Virus record (IMG/VR): IMGVR_UViG_3300028591_000183
Coordinates: 1 to 64,000 of that record
Reading direction: 5' to 3' (one strand)
Source: a virus
Taxonomy: Duplodnaviria > Caudoviricetes
Length of the DNA stretch: 64,000 bases
The translations under genes were made by a program, and so were the position numbers. Within the stretch, counting starts at the first letter, position 1. Each line of letters begins with the position of its first letter. Below, in pieces: positions 1 to 8,947 of this stretch. The notes below the pieces were generated by a model. It worked only from the letters and a program-made list of their open reading frames with translations. It did not search any database and was not told the origin of the DNA.

Positions 1-99
1 CCTATCCCTGCAATGCCCGTTTATGGGTCACAGCCCATTTTCACCTGCCCTAACAACAATAACGTGACCTATGGTTGTGGTTGCAACGGCGCATTTTAA
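1..99 (+). CDS. 3' end of a small Cys-rich phage protein (PIPAMPVYG...GCGCNGAF*)
   Basis: Frame 1 is open to TAA at 97-99. The PIPA...CGC C-terminus is typical of a conserved clostridial phage family. Confidence 0.75.
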   Translation, partial: PIPAMPVYGSQPIFTCPNNNNVTYGCGCNGAF

Positions 100-114
100 T
101 AGGGAGGTGGCACT

Positions 115-564
115 ATGGCAGAGTTTATAGAAATTGGAGTACAAAACGTGCTGTTAAATGCGCCTATTGTCTTTGATTCTTCTATTCCCTGTAATAAGGG
201 CTACGTCCTGCACGAAAACGGCACAGGGAATTTTATACTTCGTGGTGCTACTAATAATTGCTTTGCGAGATATCAGATTGTTTTTAATGGGAATGTTCAG
301 ATTCCTACAGGTGGGGATATAACTCCCGTAGGGGTTGCTATTACGACTAATGGGGAAATTCGCCCTAGTTCGCTTGCAATAGTGACTCCACAGGCTGTAG
401 AGGAATATTCAAATTTGACAAGCACAGCAATTATAACTGTCCCAAAGGGATGTTGCTTTAGTGTGGCAGTAAGATATGTAAGCGGAGTAACAGACGGAAC
501 TACAGTACCTACGCCATCGGTTGACATTAGAAATGCCAACTTGACGATTAGCAGGATAGCATGA
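115..564 (+). CDS. hypothetical beta-sandwich protein (BclA C-terminal-like)
   Basis: GGAGG RBS, 149 aa, beta-rich. Fold assignment is from memory of this gene neighbourhood. Confidence 0.6.
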   Translation: MAEFIEIGVQNVLLNAPIVFDSSIPCNKGYVLHENGTGNFILRGATNNCFARYQIVFNGNVQIPTGGDITPVGVAITTNGEIRPSSLAIVTPQAVEEYSNLTSTAIITVPKGCCFSVAVRYVSGVTDGTTVPTPSVDIRNANLTISRIA

Positions 565-577
565 AGGGAGAGCGCAC

Positions 578-994
578 ATGAGAGTTTACGAACAGATAAA
601 AGAAGTTATGTGTGACGAGCTTGCAAGCATGATAAGACACCCGCTTGACCCTAACAAGGTGCATACCATCGGTGAAATGGTAGATGTTGTGAAGGATATT
701 ACAGAAATTACCGAAAAAGAAGACCCATACGAACAATCTTTCAGAGGTAATTCTTATCAAGGGAATATGAGTAAATATGGTTTCTACCCTATGTACGGCT
801 ATTCTTTTGATAGAGGACAGAACGCTCAGAGAGATTCGCAGGGTAGATACATGGATGGTGGAAATTCGATGGGTGGTGGCTACTACGCAGGTGGCAGTAA
901 CACAAAAGACGAACTTAAAAGACTTATGGAACAGGCTACGAATGAAACGGAAAAAGAAGCTATCAGAGTAGCTATCGAGTCCATGAATAACTGA
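578..994 (+). CDS. conserved phage hypothetical protein (RDSQGRY motif)
   Basis: RBS and 138-aa ORF; third gene of the trio. Confidence 0.7.
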   Translation: MRVYEQIKEVMCDELASMIRHPLDPNKVHTIGEMVDVVKDITEITEKEDPYEQSFRGNSYQGNMSKYGFYPMYGYSFDRGQNAQRDSQGRYMDGGNSMGGGYYAGGSNTKDELKRLMEQATNETEKEAIRVAIESMNN

Positions 995-1007
995 ATTGTT
1001 TTAAATG

Positions 1008-1074
1008 GTAAACCATGATATTCTTATGGTAGAGCCGAAAAGAGCCGATTTCATTGTGGAGTCGGCTCTTTTTC
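1008..1074 (+). promoter_or_regulatory. putative late promoter (GTAAACC-N4-TATTCT) plus AGAGCC/GAGCCGA...TCGGCTC-T5 attenuator hairpin
   Basis: The same architecture and spacing recur at 16231 and 37554. Confidence 0.65.
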
Positions 1075-1239
1075 TTTTTGGGATACAGAAGAATGAAATA
1101 TCAATTTGTGAAAATATTATTGCCAAATTTCAGATTTGTATACCATGCAAGTAGTAATGTATCATCTCATGAGCTTGGAATGACAATGGCGATAATATCA
1201 ACATTACTTAAAAGGTCTTAGCTTGTTGAAGGTGAATTT

Positions 1240-1527
1240 ATGAGAAAAAGGTCTAAGAAAAAGCTCAATAAGTTAGATAAGTATTTGATATTTTCTATAG
1301 GCTTTGTGGTGGTTTATACCATAGCTCATAGCATTATTTTCGCTGTAACAGGGCTTGAAGCAAAGGTTTTGGATGTTCTTGTGTATGGCTTCTTTGCAGG
1401 TGAAATAACGAGTTGTCTTTTAATCAAACGTTTTAACATAAAGGAAGAAGCTAAATTAGTCTTAAATAAGAAAAAAGAAAATGACACGGATGTTGTTTGT
1501 GATGAAGATTTGGGGGATTTTGAATAA
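1240..1527 (+). CDS. small membrane protein (two TM segments)
   Basis: Hydrophobic segments and a basic N-terminus. Confidence 0.7.
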   Translation: MRKRSKKKLNKLDKYLIFSIGFVVVYTIAHSIIFAVTGLEAKVLDVLVYGFFAGEITSCLLIKRFNIKEEAKLVLNKKKENDTDVVCDEDLGDFE

Positions 1528-2189
1528 TGGATTGGGTGCAGACATTAGTAACTCTTATTACTGTTATTGTTGGTAGCGGACTCATACAATTTTTCTTCAA
1601 TCGTAAAGACAAACAGAAGGAAGATGCGAAGAAGGATAATGCGGAAACTATCAAAAAGGAACTGAAAGACCATCTTACCAATGTAAATAGCCAATGGAAA
1701 ACAGATTATTGTGATAAGAATGCAAAGGCTATAGCAGATTTGACTACAGAGGTAAGGGAAGGACTTAAAGCAAGGGAAGAAACAGGAAAAAGACGATATG
1801 ATGAACACGCCTTGGCTATTAAGGAATTAAGCATACAACATCAAAAAGAGTTTTTGGAATTAAAAAAAGCAATAGACCAACTTGCTAAAAACGATACGAA
1901 TGTAACTAGCAGTATCGAAAAAATGTCGAATAAACAGGATGTAATAGCCGATGGAATGGTAGGAATAGCGCACGACAGGATAGTATTCCTTACAGATAAA
2001 ATTATAGAGCGTGGTGCAGTAACCATGAAAGAAAAGGCTACTTTGGAAAGTATATACGTTCCGTATCAGAAGATGGGCGGTAATTCATACGCCAAGAAGG
2101 GTATGGAGCATGTAGATAAATTAACTGTAGTTACGGAAGAAGAAGCCGAAAAGATGGATAAGAAACTTAGAGAAAGGGGAATATCATGA
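1527..2189 (+). CDS. holin-like membrane-anchored coiled-coil protein
   Basis: N-terminal TM segment, coiled coil, HDRI...YQKMGGNS motif common in Firmicutes phages. Confidence 0.6.
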   Translation: MDWVQTLVTLITVIVGSGLIQFFFNRKDKQKEDAKKDNAETIKKELKDHLTNVNSQWKTDYCDKNAKAIADLTTEVREGLKAREETGKRRYDEHALAIKELSIQHQKEFLELKKAIDQLAKNDTNVTSSIEKMSNKQDVIADGMVGIAHDRIVFLTDKIIERGAVTMKEKATLESIYVPYQKMGGNSYAKKGMEHVDKLTVVTEEEAEKMDKKLRERGIS

Positions 2190-2395
2190 CGCTGTATGAA
2201 CTGTTGTCAATCTTGGGAAATGATGATGTTAAGGCAGATGTGAAAGATACAGATGGTAATGCTATCTGTAAAATTTTTACGAAGGGAGTGGATGCGTTGT
2301 CAGACGAATATAAGTCTAGCAACGTTATTTCATGGGAAATAAAAGACAGGGTAACAATCAATGTCGTTATTGATGTTGCTATTGTGAGTGCGTAA
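2186..2395 (+). CDS. hypothetical protein
   Basis: ATGA overlap with the upstream gene. Confidence 0.65.
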   Translation: MTLYELLSILGNDDVKADVKDTDGNAICKIFTKGVDALSDEYKSSNVISWEIKDRVTINVVIDVAIVSA

Positions 2396-2407
2396 GGAGG
2401 GTATATC

Positions 2408-2593
2408 ATGATTTGGTTTGCGGAAGAAAACACGCAGGGAAGACAGGCTCTTATTTATGCTGATGACTCGGTAGATATGGGGGATGCTCTTGTAGAGTTT
2501 GGAGAACAGAATCATCTTAAAAAAGGAGCGAAATGTCTTTGCCTTGAAACAAGAGAGGTTAAGTTCCTTAATTCCCGTGGTGAATGGGTGTAA
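2408..2593 (+). CDS. hypothetical tail-region protein
   Basis: AAGGAGG RBS. Confidence 0.7.
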   Translation: MIWFAEENTQGRQALIYADDSVDMGDALVEFGEQNHLKKGAKCLCLETREVKFLNSRGEWV

Positions 2594-2604
2594 GGAGGTA
2601 GAAT

Positions 2605-3741
2605 ATGTCAAATATTGATGTAATTGCATTTGCTTTGGCTAATGGCTATACAGATGAAAGTATGGCGGGTGGCGGTGCTATTAAGGGTAAAAACTGCCAA
2701 ATCAAATCTAAGACCGCAATCGAAGGTGGCACAAGAATAACCTTTGTGTGGTATCTCGATAATGGAACAGAAAAAACTACTACCCTTGATGTAATGAATG
2801 GTACAGATGGTGAAGATGGCAAGGATGGTTCGCAGGTAGAAGTTACTCCTATCCAAAAGACGGGTACTAAAGTAGGTGAAATAACAGTTGACGGACATAA
2901 GTACACACTCTATGCACCCGCAGGTGGTGGTGGCGGTGACGCTGTTCTTTCAGATGATTTAACAACGGCTATTTCTGTAGGCGGTATTGATAGTGGTGTG
3001 ACTTATGAAGCAGGAACACCACTTGAAACTTTGCTTAGAGATTTGTTAGAGCCTACACTTTTCCCGACTCTTACAAATCCTTCTGCTTCTCTGACAGCTA
3101 CAGGCGCAAAGTTGCTTGAAAAAGGTGCTACATTGGCAACTACGTTCACTATAGCGTTTAACAGAGGAACAATCAATCCGCAATATACGGCAGAGTCAAG
3201 TTATCGAAGCGGAGAAGCAACAGGATATTCTCTTAATGGTGGAACTGCACAGGCAGGAAACACCTTTAGCGTGACAGTAACAGAAGCACAGAAAACATAT
3301 CAAGGTAATGTCGCTTATGCACAGGGCGTACAGCCTAAAGATTCTAAGGGAAAGGATTATCAATCACCACTTCCCGCAGGTAGCGTGAATACTAACACGA
3401 TAAATTATGAGTTCGTAGATGCACTTTGGGCTAATACAGGTAATATTGCTACTGTAGCTAAATTAGCACTTGTAAGTAAGAGTGCCAAACAGAAAGATTT
3501 TGCTTTCCCTGCGCAGACAGTAGCTAATCCCGAGATATTCGACGTACCTGCAAGTTGGAATGTAACCGCCGTACAGGTAAAGAATGACTTGTCGGGTGCT
3601 TATGAGGATGCAATTTCTCAATTTACTGTAACGGATGTTACACATGATGATGCTTCGGGAACTAGCGTAGCTTATAAGAGATACACCTTTAATCTTGGGT
3701 ATGATACAGGCGCAAGGTCTGTAAGGCTCAAATGGAATTGA
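2605..3741 (+). CDS. tail or virion-associated protein
   Basis: 378 aa, G/T/A-rich, short GTDGEDGKDG repeat, strong RBS. Confidence 0.65.
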   Translation: MSNIDVIAFALANGYTDESMAGGGAIKGKNCQIKSKTAIEGGTRITFVWYLDNGTEKTTTLDVMNGTDGEDGKDGSQVEVTPIQKTGTKVGEITVDGHKYTLYAPAGGGGGDAVLSDDLTTAISVGGIDSGVTYEAGTPLETLLRDLLEPTLFPTLTNPSASLTATGAKLLEKGATLATTFTIAFNRGTINPQYTAESSYRSGEATGYSLNGGTAQAGNTFSVTVTEAQKTYQGNVAYAQGVQPKDSKGKDYQSPLPAGSVNTNTINYEFVDALWANTGNIATVAKLALVSKSAKQKDFAFPAQTVANPEIFDVPASWNVTAVQVKNDLSGAYEDAISQFTVTDVTHDDASGTSVAYKRYTFNLGYDTGARSVRLKWN

Positions 3742-3753
3742 TGAAAGGAGAGA

Positions 3754-5442
3754 ATGAAAATGGCTAGAAGTAAGGGTTCAGCTAATCTTTCCGCTTCGCT
3801 TGAAGTATTGGCAGGTGCGCCACTTGACGCTAGGGATATAGTTCAGACAAAAGCGGATTTAACAGCGCAGGACAGCTTTCCTTATAAATACATAGGAATG
3901 GAAGTCTATGTTGTTGCTGAAAATAAGAAATATAGGCTTCTTGGAAATGACCCTACAAATATAGAGAATTGGCAGGAAGTAGGTGCAGGTGGTGGTGGAA
4001 CGTCTGATTATGCAGACTTGTCTAACAAGCCATCTATTGAAAACGTTACTCTTAGCGGAAACAAGTCTGCTTCTGATTTAGGACTTGCTAAAATAACTGA
4101 TTTAGCAGACTTTATTACTAAGACAGTTGATGACCTTGTAAATTATTACAAGAAAACGGAAACCTACACCAAGGGCGAAGTAGATGCTATTGTAACTGCA
4201 ATAAAGAATAGCAGGTTTGAAGTGGTTGCCACACTTCCTACTTCTGATATCAAGACTAATGTTATCTATCTTGTACCATCTACATCATCTAAAACAAAGA
4301 ATGTTAAGGATGAATATATCAACCTTGATGGAACAAGTGCAGGATGGGAACAGATAGGAAGTACGTCTGTTGACCTCTCAGATTATGTAACCAAGACAGA
4401 ACTTAATACTGCTCTTGCAGATTACACTACTACAACTGATTTAACGGCTCTTTTAGCAGGTAAACAGGATAAGATGCAGTATTCTACCCTTCCTACTCCT
4501 TCGGCTGAATTAGAGGGCAAAATTGTTGAATATACAGGTGCTACATTTAGTTGGCTTGTTCATGGATACTTTTACGAGTGTGTTTCCGATGGAGAGGATA
4601 CTCCCTCATACTCATGGCAACAGACAAATGTTCAACCTAATAGCGGTGGCGGTAGCTCATACACCGCAGGTGATGGAATTGACATAACCAATGATGTAAT
4701 CTCAACCAAGCAATCCGAAGAAGGTGATATAGACGAGATTATAGACGTATATCCCACAGCAGGAAACCTTGTGTCTATTGTAAATGCCTTTAATAAAGGG
4801 GATATTTACAGCACAGAAGAGAGGATGATTGGTCAGTATATTGATGGAAAGCCGTTATATCAGAAGGTTATTGAGGGTACATTAGATAGTGCTAGTGGTG
4901 CAACCACTACTATTAGTGTATCTAGCTTAAATGTTGATAAATGTGTTTTCTGTGATGGCATGATTACAAAAGGCACAACAACATTATTTACACCATATCT
5001 TAATGACACTTTGTATTATGTATGTGTTTGCTATTTTGATGATAGCAACCATGCAGTAAAGATAGTTTCTAAAAATATGGAGAGTTGTCCTTATAAAATT
5101 ATTCTCAAATACACCAAGACTACCGATACCGCAATCTCAATCGGAGAAGCAACAGAATACTCAACAGACGAGAAGGTGGTAGGAACTTGGATTGACGGTC
5201 GTCCAATTTATCAGAGAACTTATGAACAAGAAATTGCATTAGCTCCTGATACTTGGGTAGCTTCTTCTTTAGTGGCAACCAATGTAGATAAAGTAATTAA
5301 CGGTATTGGATATAATGCAGGTTCTTCTATTGATTGTCTGCTAGGTGGAATTGTTAATGGATACTTCGGCTTTAACTCCACTAGGTCACAGAGTATAACA
5401 ATAAATGCTTTTACAGTTCAATACCTTAAAACTACAACATAA
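3754..5442 (+). CDS. tail fibre/adhesin with two C-terminal YST.E..IG.WIDG.PLYQ domains
   Basis: 562 aa with Gly linkers and a repeated beta-domain. Confidence 0.7.
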   Translation: MKMARSKGSANLSASLEVLAGAPLDARDIVQTKADLTAQDSFPYKYIGMEVYVVAENKKYRLLGNDPTNIENWQEVGAGGGGTSDYADLSNKPSIENVTLSGNKSASDLGLAKITDLADFITKTVDDLVNYYKKTETYTKGEVDAIVTAIKNSRFEVVATLPTSDIKTNVIYLVPSTSSKTKNVKDEYINLDGTSAGWEQIGSTSVDLSDYVTKTELNTALADYTTTTDLTALLAGKQDKMQYSTLPTPSAELEGKIVEYTGATFSWLVHGYFYECVSDGEDTPSYSWQQTNVQPNSGGGSSYTAGDGIDITNDVISTKQSEEGDIDEIIDVYPTAGNLVSIVNAFNKGDIYSTEERMIGQYIDGKPLYQKVIEGTLDSASGATTTISVSSLNVDKCVFCDGMITKGTTTLFTPYLNDTLYYVCVCYFDDSNHAVKIVSKNMESCPYKIILKYTKTTDTAISIGEATEYSTDEKVVGTWIDGRPIYQRTYEQEIALAPDTWVASSLVATNVDKVINGIGYNAGSSIDCLLGGIVNGYFGFNSTRSQSITINAFTVQYLKTTT

Positions 5443-5455
5443 GGAGGAATAAGCT

Positions 5456-6109
5456 ATGAGTTTAACAAATCCGAACACCCCTGTTAGCCAACAGGACTTA
5501 CAAGACTTTTATCATAAAATTCTTCCTTATATGGGAGGAAGTAGCGAAGGTGGTGGAGGACACACCATAGAAGATAGTGAAGGAACAGACCTCACGCAGA
5601 GAGATACCTTGCAGTTTGGCGAGGGATTTAAGGCAGAGGATGATTCTACCAATGAGAAAACTGTTATCTCACCCGATGTAATGCAGAGTGGGGATATGAG
5701 TGATGTTATTACACCACTTCCTTCTGTAGCACCAAGGAAAGAAGGGATTAAGTATTCTACTACTGAACAGGTAATTGGCGAGTGGATAGATGGAAAGCCA
5801 TTGTATCAGAAGACTATTTATGTTTCTTCACTTGCAGGTACATATTGGGTAGAAGGTAATCATGGAATAGCAGATGTTGACTTCATTCGTTGTGTAGAAT
5901 TTACACCTGTACATATAAATAATAATGATTTTGATTTTTCTCAAATGAACATAAATACCAATAACACATATTGGGATGAAAAAAGGTCAATTATATTAAA
6001 CTATGTAAGTAGGACAAAATATGAGATTTTTATTGGTTCAGAAATTAATTCTAGTTATAGTTGCTACATGACACTTCAATACACCAAAACAACAGATACC
6101 GCAGAATAA
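5456..6109 (+). CDS. adhesin paralogue (one WIDG domain)
   Basis: Shares the domain, and its RBS and N-terminus, with its neighbours. Confidence 0.7.
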   Translation: MSLTNPNTPVSQQDLQDFYHKILPYMGGSSEGGGGHTIEDSEGTDLTQRDTLQFGEGFKAEDDSTNEKTVISPDVMQSGDMSDVITPLPSVAPRKEGIKYSTTEQVIGEWIDGKPLYQKTIYVSSLAGTYWVEGNHGIADVDFIRCVEFTPVHINNNDFDFSQMNINTNNTYWDEKRSIILNYVSRTKYEIFIGSEINSSYSCYMTLQYTKTTDTAE

Positions 6110-6123
6110 GGGAGGAATAAGCT

Positions 6124-6924
6124 ATGAGTGTACCAAATGGAGAAAAACTAGCAACAAAACAAGACTTAGCAGATATGTACCAAGGCATACTTCCTTATCT
6201 TGGTGGTATGCCCGAAATGGTAGCTAATAAATTCTCTAAAGGGGATTTATATAGCACAGACGAGAAGATGATAGGACAATGGATTGATGGAAAACCTTTG
6301 TATCAGAAAACTATTAGCTATGATACTGCAATCACAGTTACAAACACAGAAAATACTGTTATTATAGCCAATTTGGATTCGTTGAATATTGATAATGCTG
6401 TAAATCTTGAGGTGAGTTTTAAATGGGATGGCATTGGTCGTAATACCCCATTTATAACTTATGTTACCGCAGGAGAAATTTATGTTGTTGCGTTTGTTAA
6501 TCGTGATAACATTTCAGATGTAATTGAGTTCAAAACAAAAAGACCTTCGGGAACAACACAAATTACAGAAGTCAAAGCAACTATCCAATACACCAAGACC
6601 ACCGATTCAGCAATATCCATAGGAAGTGATACAGACTATTCCACAGAAGAAAAGATAGTAGGTACTTGGATTGATGGAAAGGCTCTGTATCAGCGCAGTT
6701 ATAATTTAGGTACGGCTATTACTGTTTCACCTACAACATGGACAGCAACAGGATTAGATATTAGTAGTGTGGAAAATCTTATTCAATGTCAAGGCAATAA
6801 TGTAGGACTTAGTTGCCCTTTGATTGGAACTAAAGCAGGAGATAATACATTGAAAGTAGTGACTACAAGAGCAGAAAGTAGTTCAATTTTGTATATCACC
6901 ATTCAATACACCAAAACAACATAA
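6124..6924 (+). CDS. adhesin paralogue (two WIDG domains)
   Basis: DNA-level similarity to 4795-5225. Confidence 0.7.
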   Translation: MSVPNGEKLATKQDLADMYQGILPYLGGMPEMVANKFSKGDLYSTDEKMIGQWIDGKPLYQKTISYDTAITVTNTENTVIIANLDSLNIDNAVNLEVSFKWDGIGRNTPFITYVTAGEIYVVAFVNRDNISDVIEFKTKRPSGTTQITEVKATIQYTKTTDSAISIGSDTDYSTEEKIVGTWIDGKALYQRSYNLGTAITVSPTTWTATGLDISSVENLIQCQGNNVGLSCPLIGTKAGDNTLKVVTTRAESSSILYITIQYTKTT

Positions 6925-7053
6925 CCTTCGTATAAGATATATTAAACGAAAGTAGTTGCGATGGAAATTGGTTCAAATCCAATACTGTCCTCATGGGGCG
7001 GTTAGTTTATAGTGGAGGTGGCGTAAGTCGGAAAACACATTGTAATCTATATA

Positions 7054-7084
7054 AAAAGAGGATGATTCAACGTCATCCTCTTTT
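7054..7084. terminator. intrinsic terminator, probably bidirectional
   Basis: AAAAGAGGATGA-ttcaacg-TCATCCTCTTTT. Confidence 0.75.
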
Positions 7085-7231
7085 CATTTTCAGATATTCT
7101 TCTATGGCTACTACAACCATATTACTGAAAGACCTGTTCTCTTTCTTTGCCTGTTTTTCTAGGCGTTCTTTTAAATCTTTTGGGATTGTAAAATTGACCC
7201 TTGTCTTATCGGGTGCTACGTGAATTGTCAT
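7073..7231 (-). CDS. Arc/CopG ribbon-helix-helix repressor (52 aa, not in the ORF track)
   Basis: GGAGG RBS; MTIHVAPDKTRVNFTIPKDLKERLEKQAKKENRSFSNMVVVAIEEYLKMKRG is a typical RHH pattern. Confidence 0.8.
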   Translation of the reverse strand: MTIHVAPDKTRVNFTIPKDLKERLEKQAKKENRSFSNMVVVAIEEYLKMKRG

Positions 7232-7250
7232 GGTTATTTCCTCCAAGATA

Positions 7251-7315
7251 ATTGTAAAATAATATCACTTTAATGTCAACATGATATTGACTATGTGATA
7301 TTAAAGTGATATTAT
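7251..7315. promoter_or_regulatory. divergent sigmaA promoters with palindromic operator boxes
   Basis: Plus strand TTGACT-17-TATTAT (7287-7315); minus strand TTGACA-17-TACAAT (7279-7251); 14-bp inverted repeat at 7261-7274 and 7300-7313. Confidence 0.7.
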
Positions 7316-7346
7316 AAAATAGAACAGAAGTGACAGGAGTAGAGAA

Positions 7347-7538
7347 ATGACAGAATACATATATAAAGTAGTTAGAACCTACGATGATGGCAAAACAAAA
7401 GAACAAACTTTGCAAGATGCTTTTGATAATGGATATAAATTTGTTAGGGCATCGGAGTATGTCCCCGAATCAAATCATAACGGAACAAGAAGATATGGCT
7501 ACATAGAATACATTCTTAAAAAAGAGGTAGAAAAATGA
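7347..7538 (+). CDS. hypothetical protein
   Basis: First gene after the promoter, with RBS. Confidence 0.7.
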   Translation: MTEYIYKVVRTYDDGKTKEQTLQDAFDNGYKFVRASEYVPESNHNGTRRYGYIEYILKKEVEK

Positions 7539-8503
7539 CAAATGGAGAAAATATACTAAGTGCATTCTCAAACGCAACCATAAGAAGGTGTAAGAATAAA
7601 GACTTCACTTACATTGAAGTGGAGCAGAATGATAAATGGATAGCAGATTTCAATATAGATTGGTGGAATGCGGAATACAAAGAGCCAACTAAGAATGATT
7701 TAGCAGTTAGAGAATTTGAGGGAATTGAGGTTACTTATCCACCCGAAGATTTATGTATATACCCCGAATATAAGGGAAAGCCTTATTTTGTAATAAAGTA
7801 CAAAGAAAATGGAGAAGAAATAGTAGGTTATGGAACATATAATCCCAAAGTATTATCTCAATACTTGAAAGATTACTTTATATCAACTACTAAGAATGAT
7901 TTAGAAGTTGATTGTATATCAAGAGAACAGGCATTAAAGGAATTAAAAGAAAGTGCGGAACATCATGCTAATGACAGTAGAGAAGAAGTTCTATTGCGGA
8001 GAGATAGAGATATTATAAGAGCCTTGCCCTCTGTAACACCACAGCTTTCGAGTGAACTCGAAAAAAACTCGAAAAAACTCGAAAAGGATTTTGGCGAGTT
8101 AGATTGTATATCGAGAGCGCAAACACAGACAGAAATAGAAATGAACGCTTCAAGATACACTATTGCAAAAGAACGTGGTGGCATGGGTCAAGTCGAATGG
8201 AGCGACCAACTTATCAAAGTTAGTGATGCAGTAGACATTATAAGACATTTGCCCTCAGTAACACCACAAGAGCCAAGATGGATTTCTACTAGCGAGAGAT
8301 TGCCCGATTCTGAATATGGGGAAAGTGACAGCGTGTTAGTTTGCTTTGAGAACGAAACACAAGACGTTTTATATTTTGACGGTAGCAATTGGTGTTATCC
8401 AACAGGAGAAACTTACATATCAGTTAATCCTAATAATGATTGGCATAACAAGGTTATAGCATGGATGCCATTGCCATCGAGTTATAGTGAGGTAAAAGAA
8501 TGA
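7535..8503 (+). CDS. mosaic protein with a C-terminal DUF551-like domain
   Basis: WISTSERLP...VIAWMPLP motif; internal repeats DCISR and LPSVTPQ. Confidence 0.7.
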   Translation: MTNGENILSAFSNATIRRCKNKDFTYIEVEQNDKWIADFNIDWWNAEYKEPTKNDLAVREFEGIEVTYPPEDLCIYPEYKGKPYFVIKYKENGEEIVGYGTYNPKVLSQYLKDYFISTTKNDLEVDCISREQALKELKESAEHHANDSREEVLLRRDRDIIRALPSVTPQLSSELEKNSKKLEKDFGELDCISRAQTQTEIEMNASRYTIAKERGGMGQVEWSDQLIKVSDAVDIIRHLPSVTPQEPRWISTSERLPDSEYGESDSVLVCFENETQDVLYFDGSNWCYPTGETYISVNPNNDWHNKVIAWMPLPSSYSEVKE

Positions 8504-8650
8504 CAAATGGTGAAATACTTAAAACAATAGATGCCTTGATTAAGTATTGTTATGAAAACACAGCAAAAAGAAGTGAAATTATTAAGCGATTAAAGGAAAT
8601 TAGAGAAGAGTGTAATTCTAATTTACCTTTTGATTGAATGAGGTAGAAAA

Positions 8651-8947
8651 ATGACAAGAGAAGAAACAGTTAGAAATCTACTAACCGAACTCATTGATAT
8701 GATAGATAACGGAAGTCAAAGAGATTTGGATAGAGCTGATGAAATAGGTGCTTCTATCATTAAATTGTTTGAGCAAGAGCCAAGAAAAGGACATTGGAGA
8801 AAGACTCTTAAAGCAGTTATGGGTGAGGGTTATATGTGGTATTGCGATAAATGTAATCATGAAGTGTATCAAGACTCTTCAAGAAGTTACCCAAGTGAAA
8901 ATTTTTGTTCTAACTGTGGGAGTGATAATAGAGAAGTAGAAGAATGA
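8651..8947 (+). CDS. Zn-ribbon protein
   Basis: CDKC...CSNC. Confidence 0.7.
   Translation: MTREETVRNLLTELIDMIDNGSQRDLDRADEIGASIIKLFEQEPRKGHWRKTLKAVMGEGYMWYCDKCNHEVYQDSSRSYPSENFCSNCGSDNREVEE

Noticed and set aside
3754-6924. Diversity-generating retroelement TR/VR pair
   Set aside because: Differences between repeats are not adenine-specific, all copies are coding, and no reverse transcriptase is in the window.
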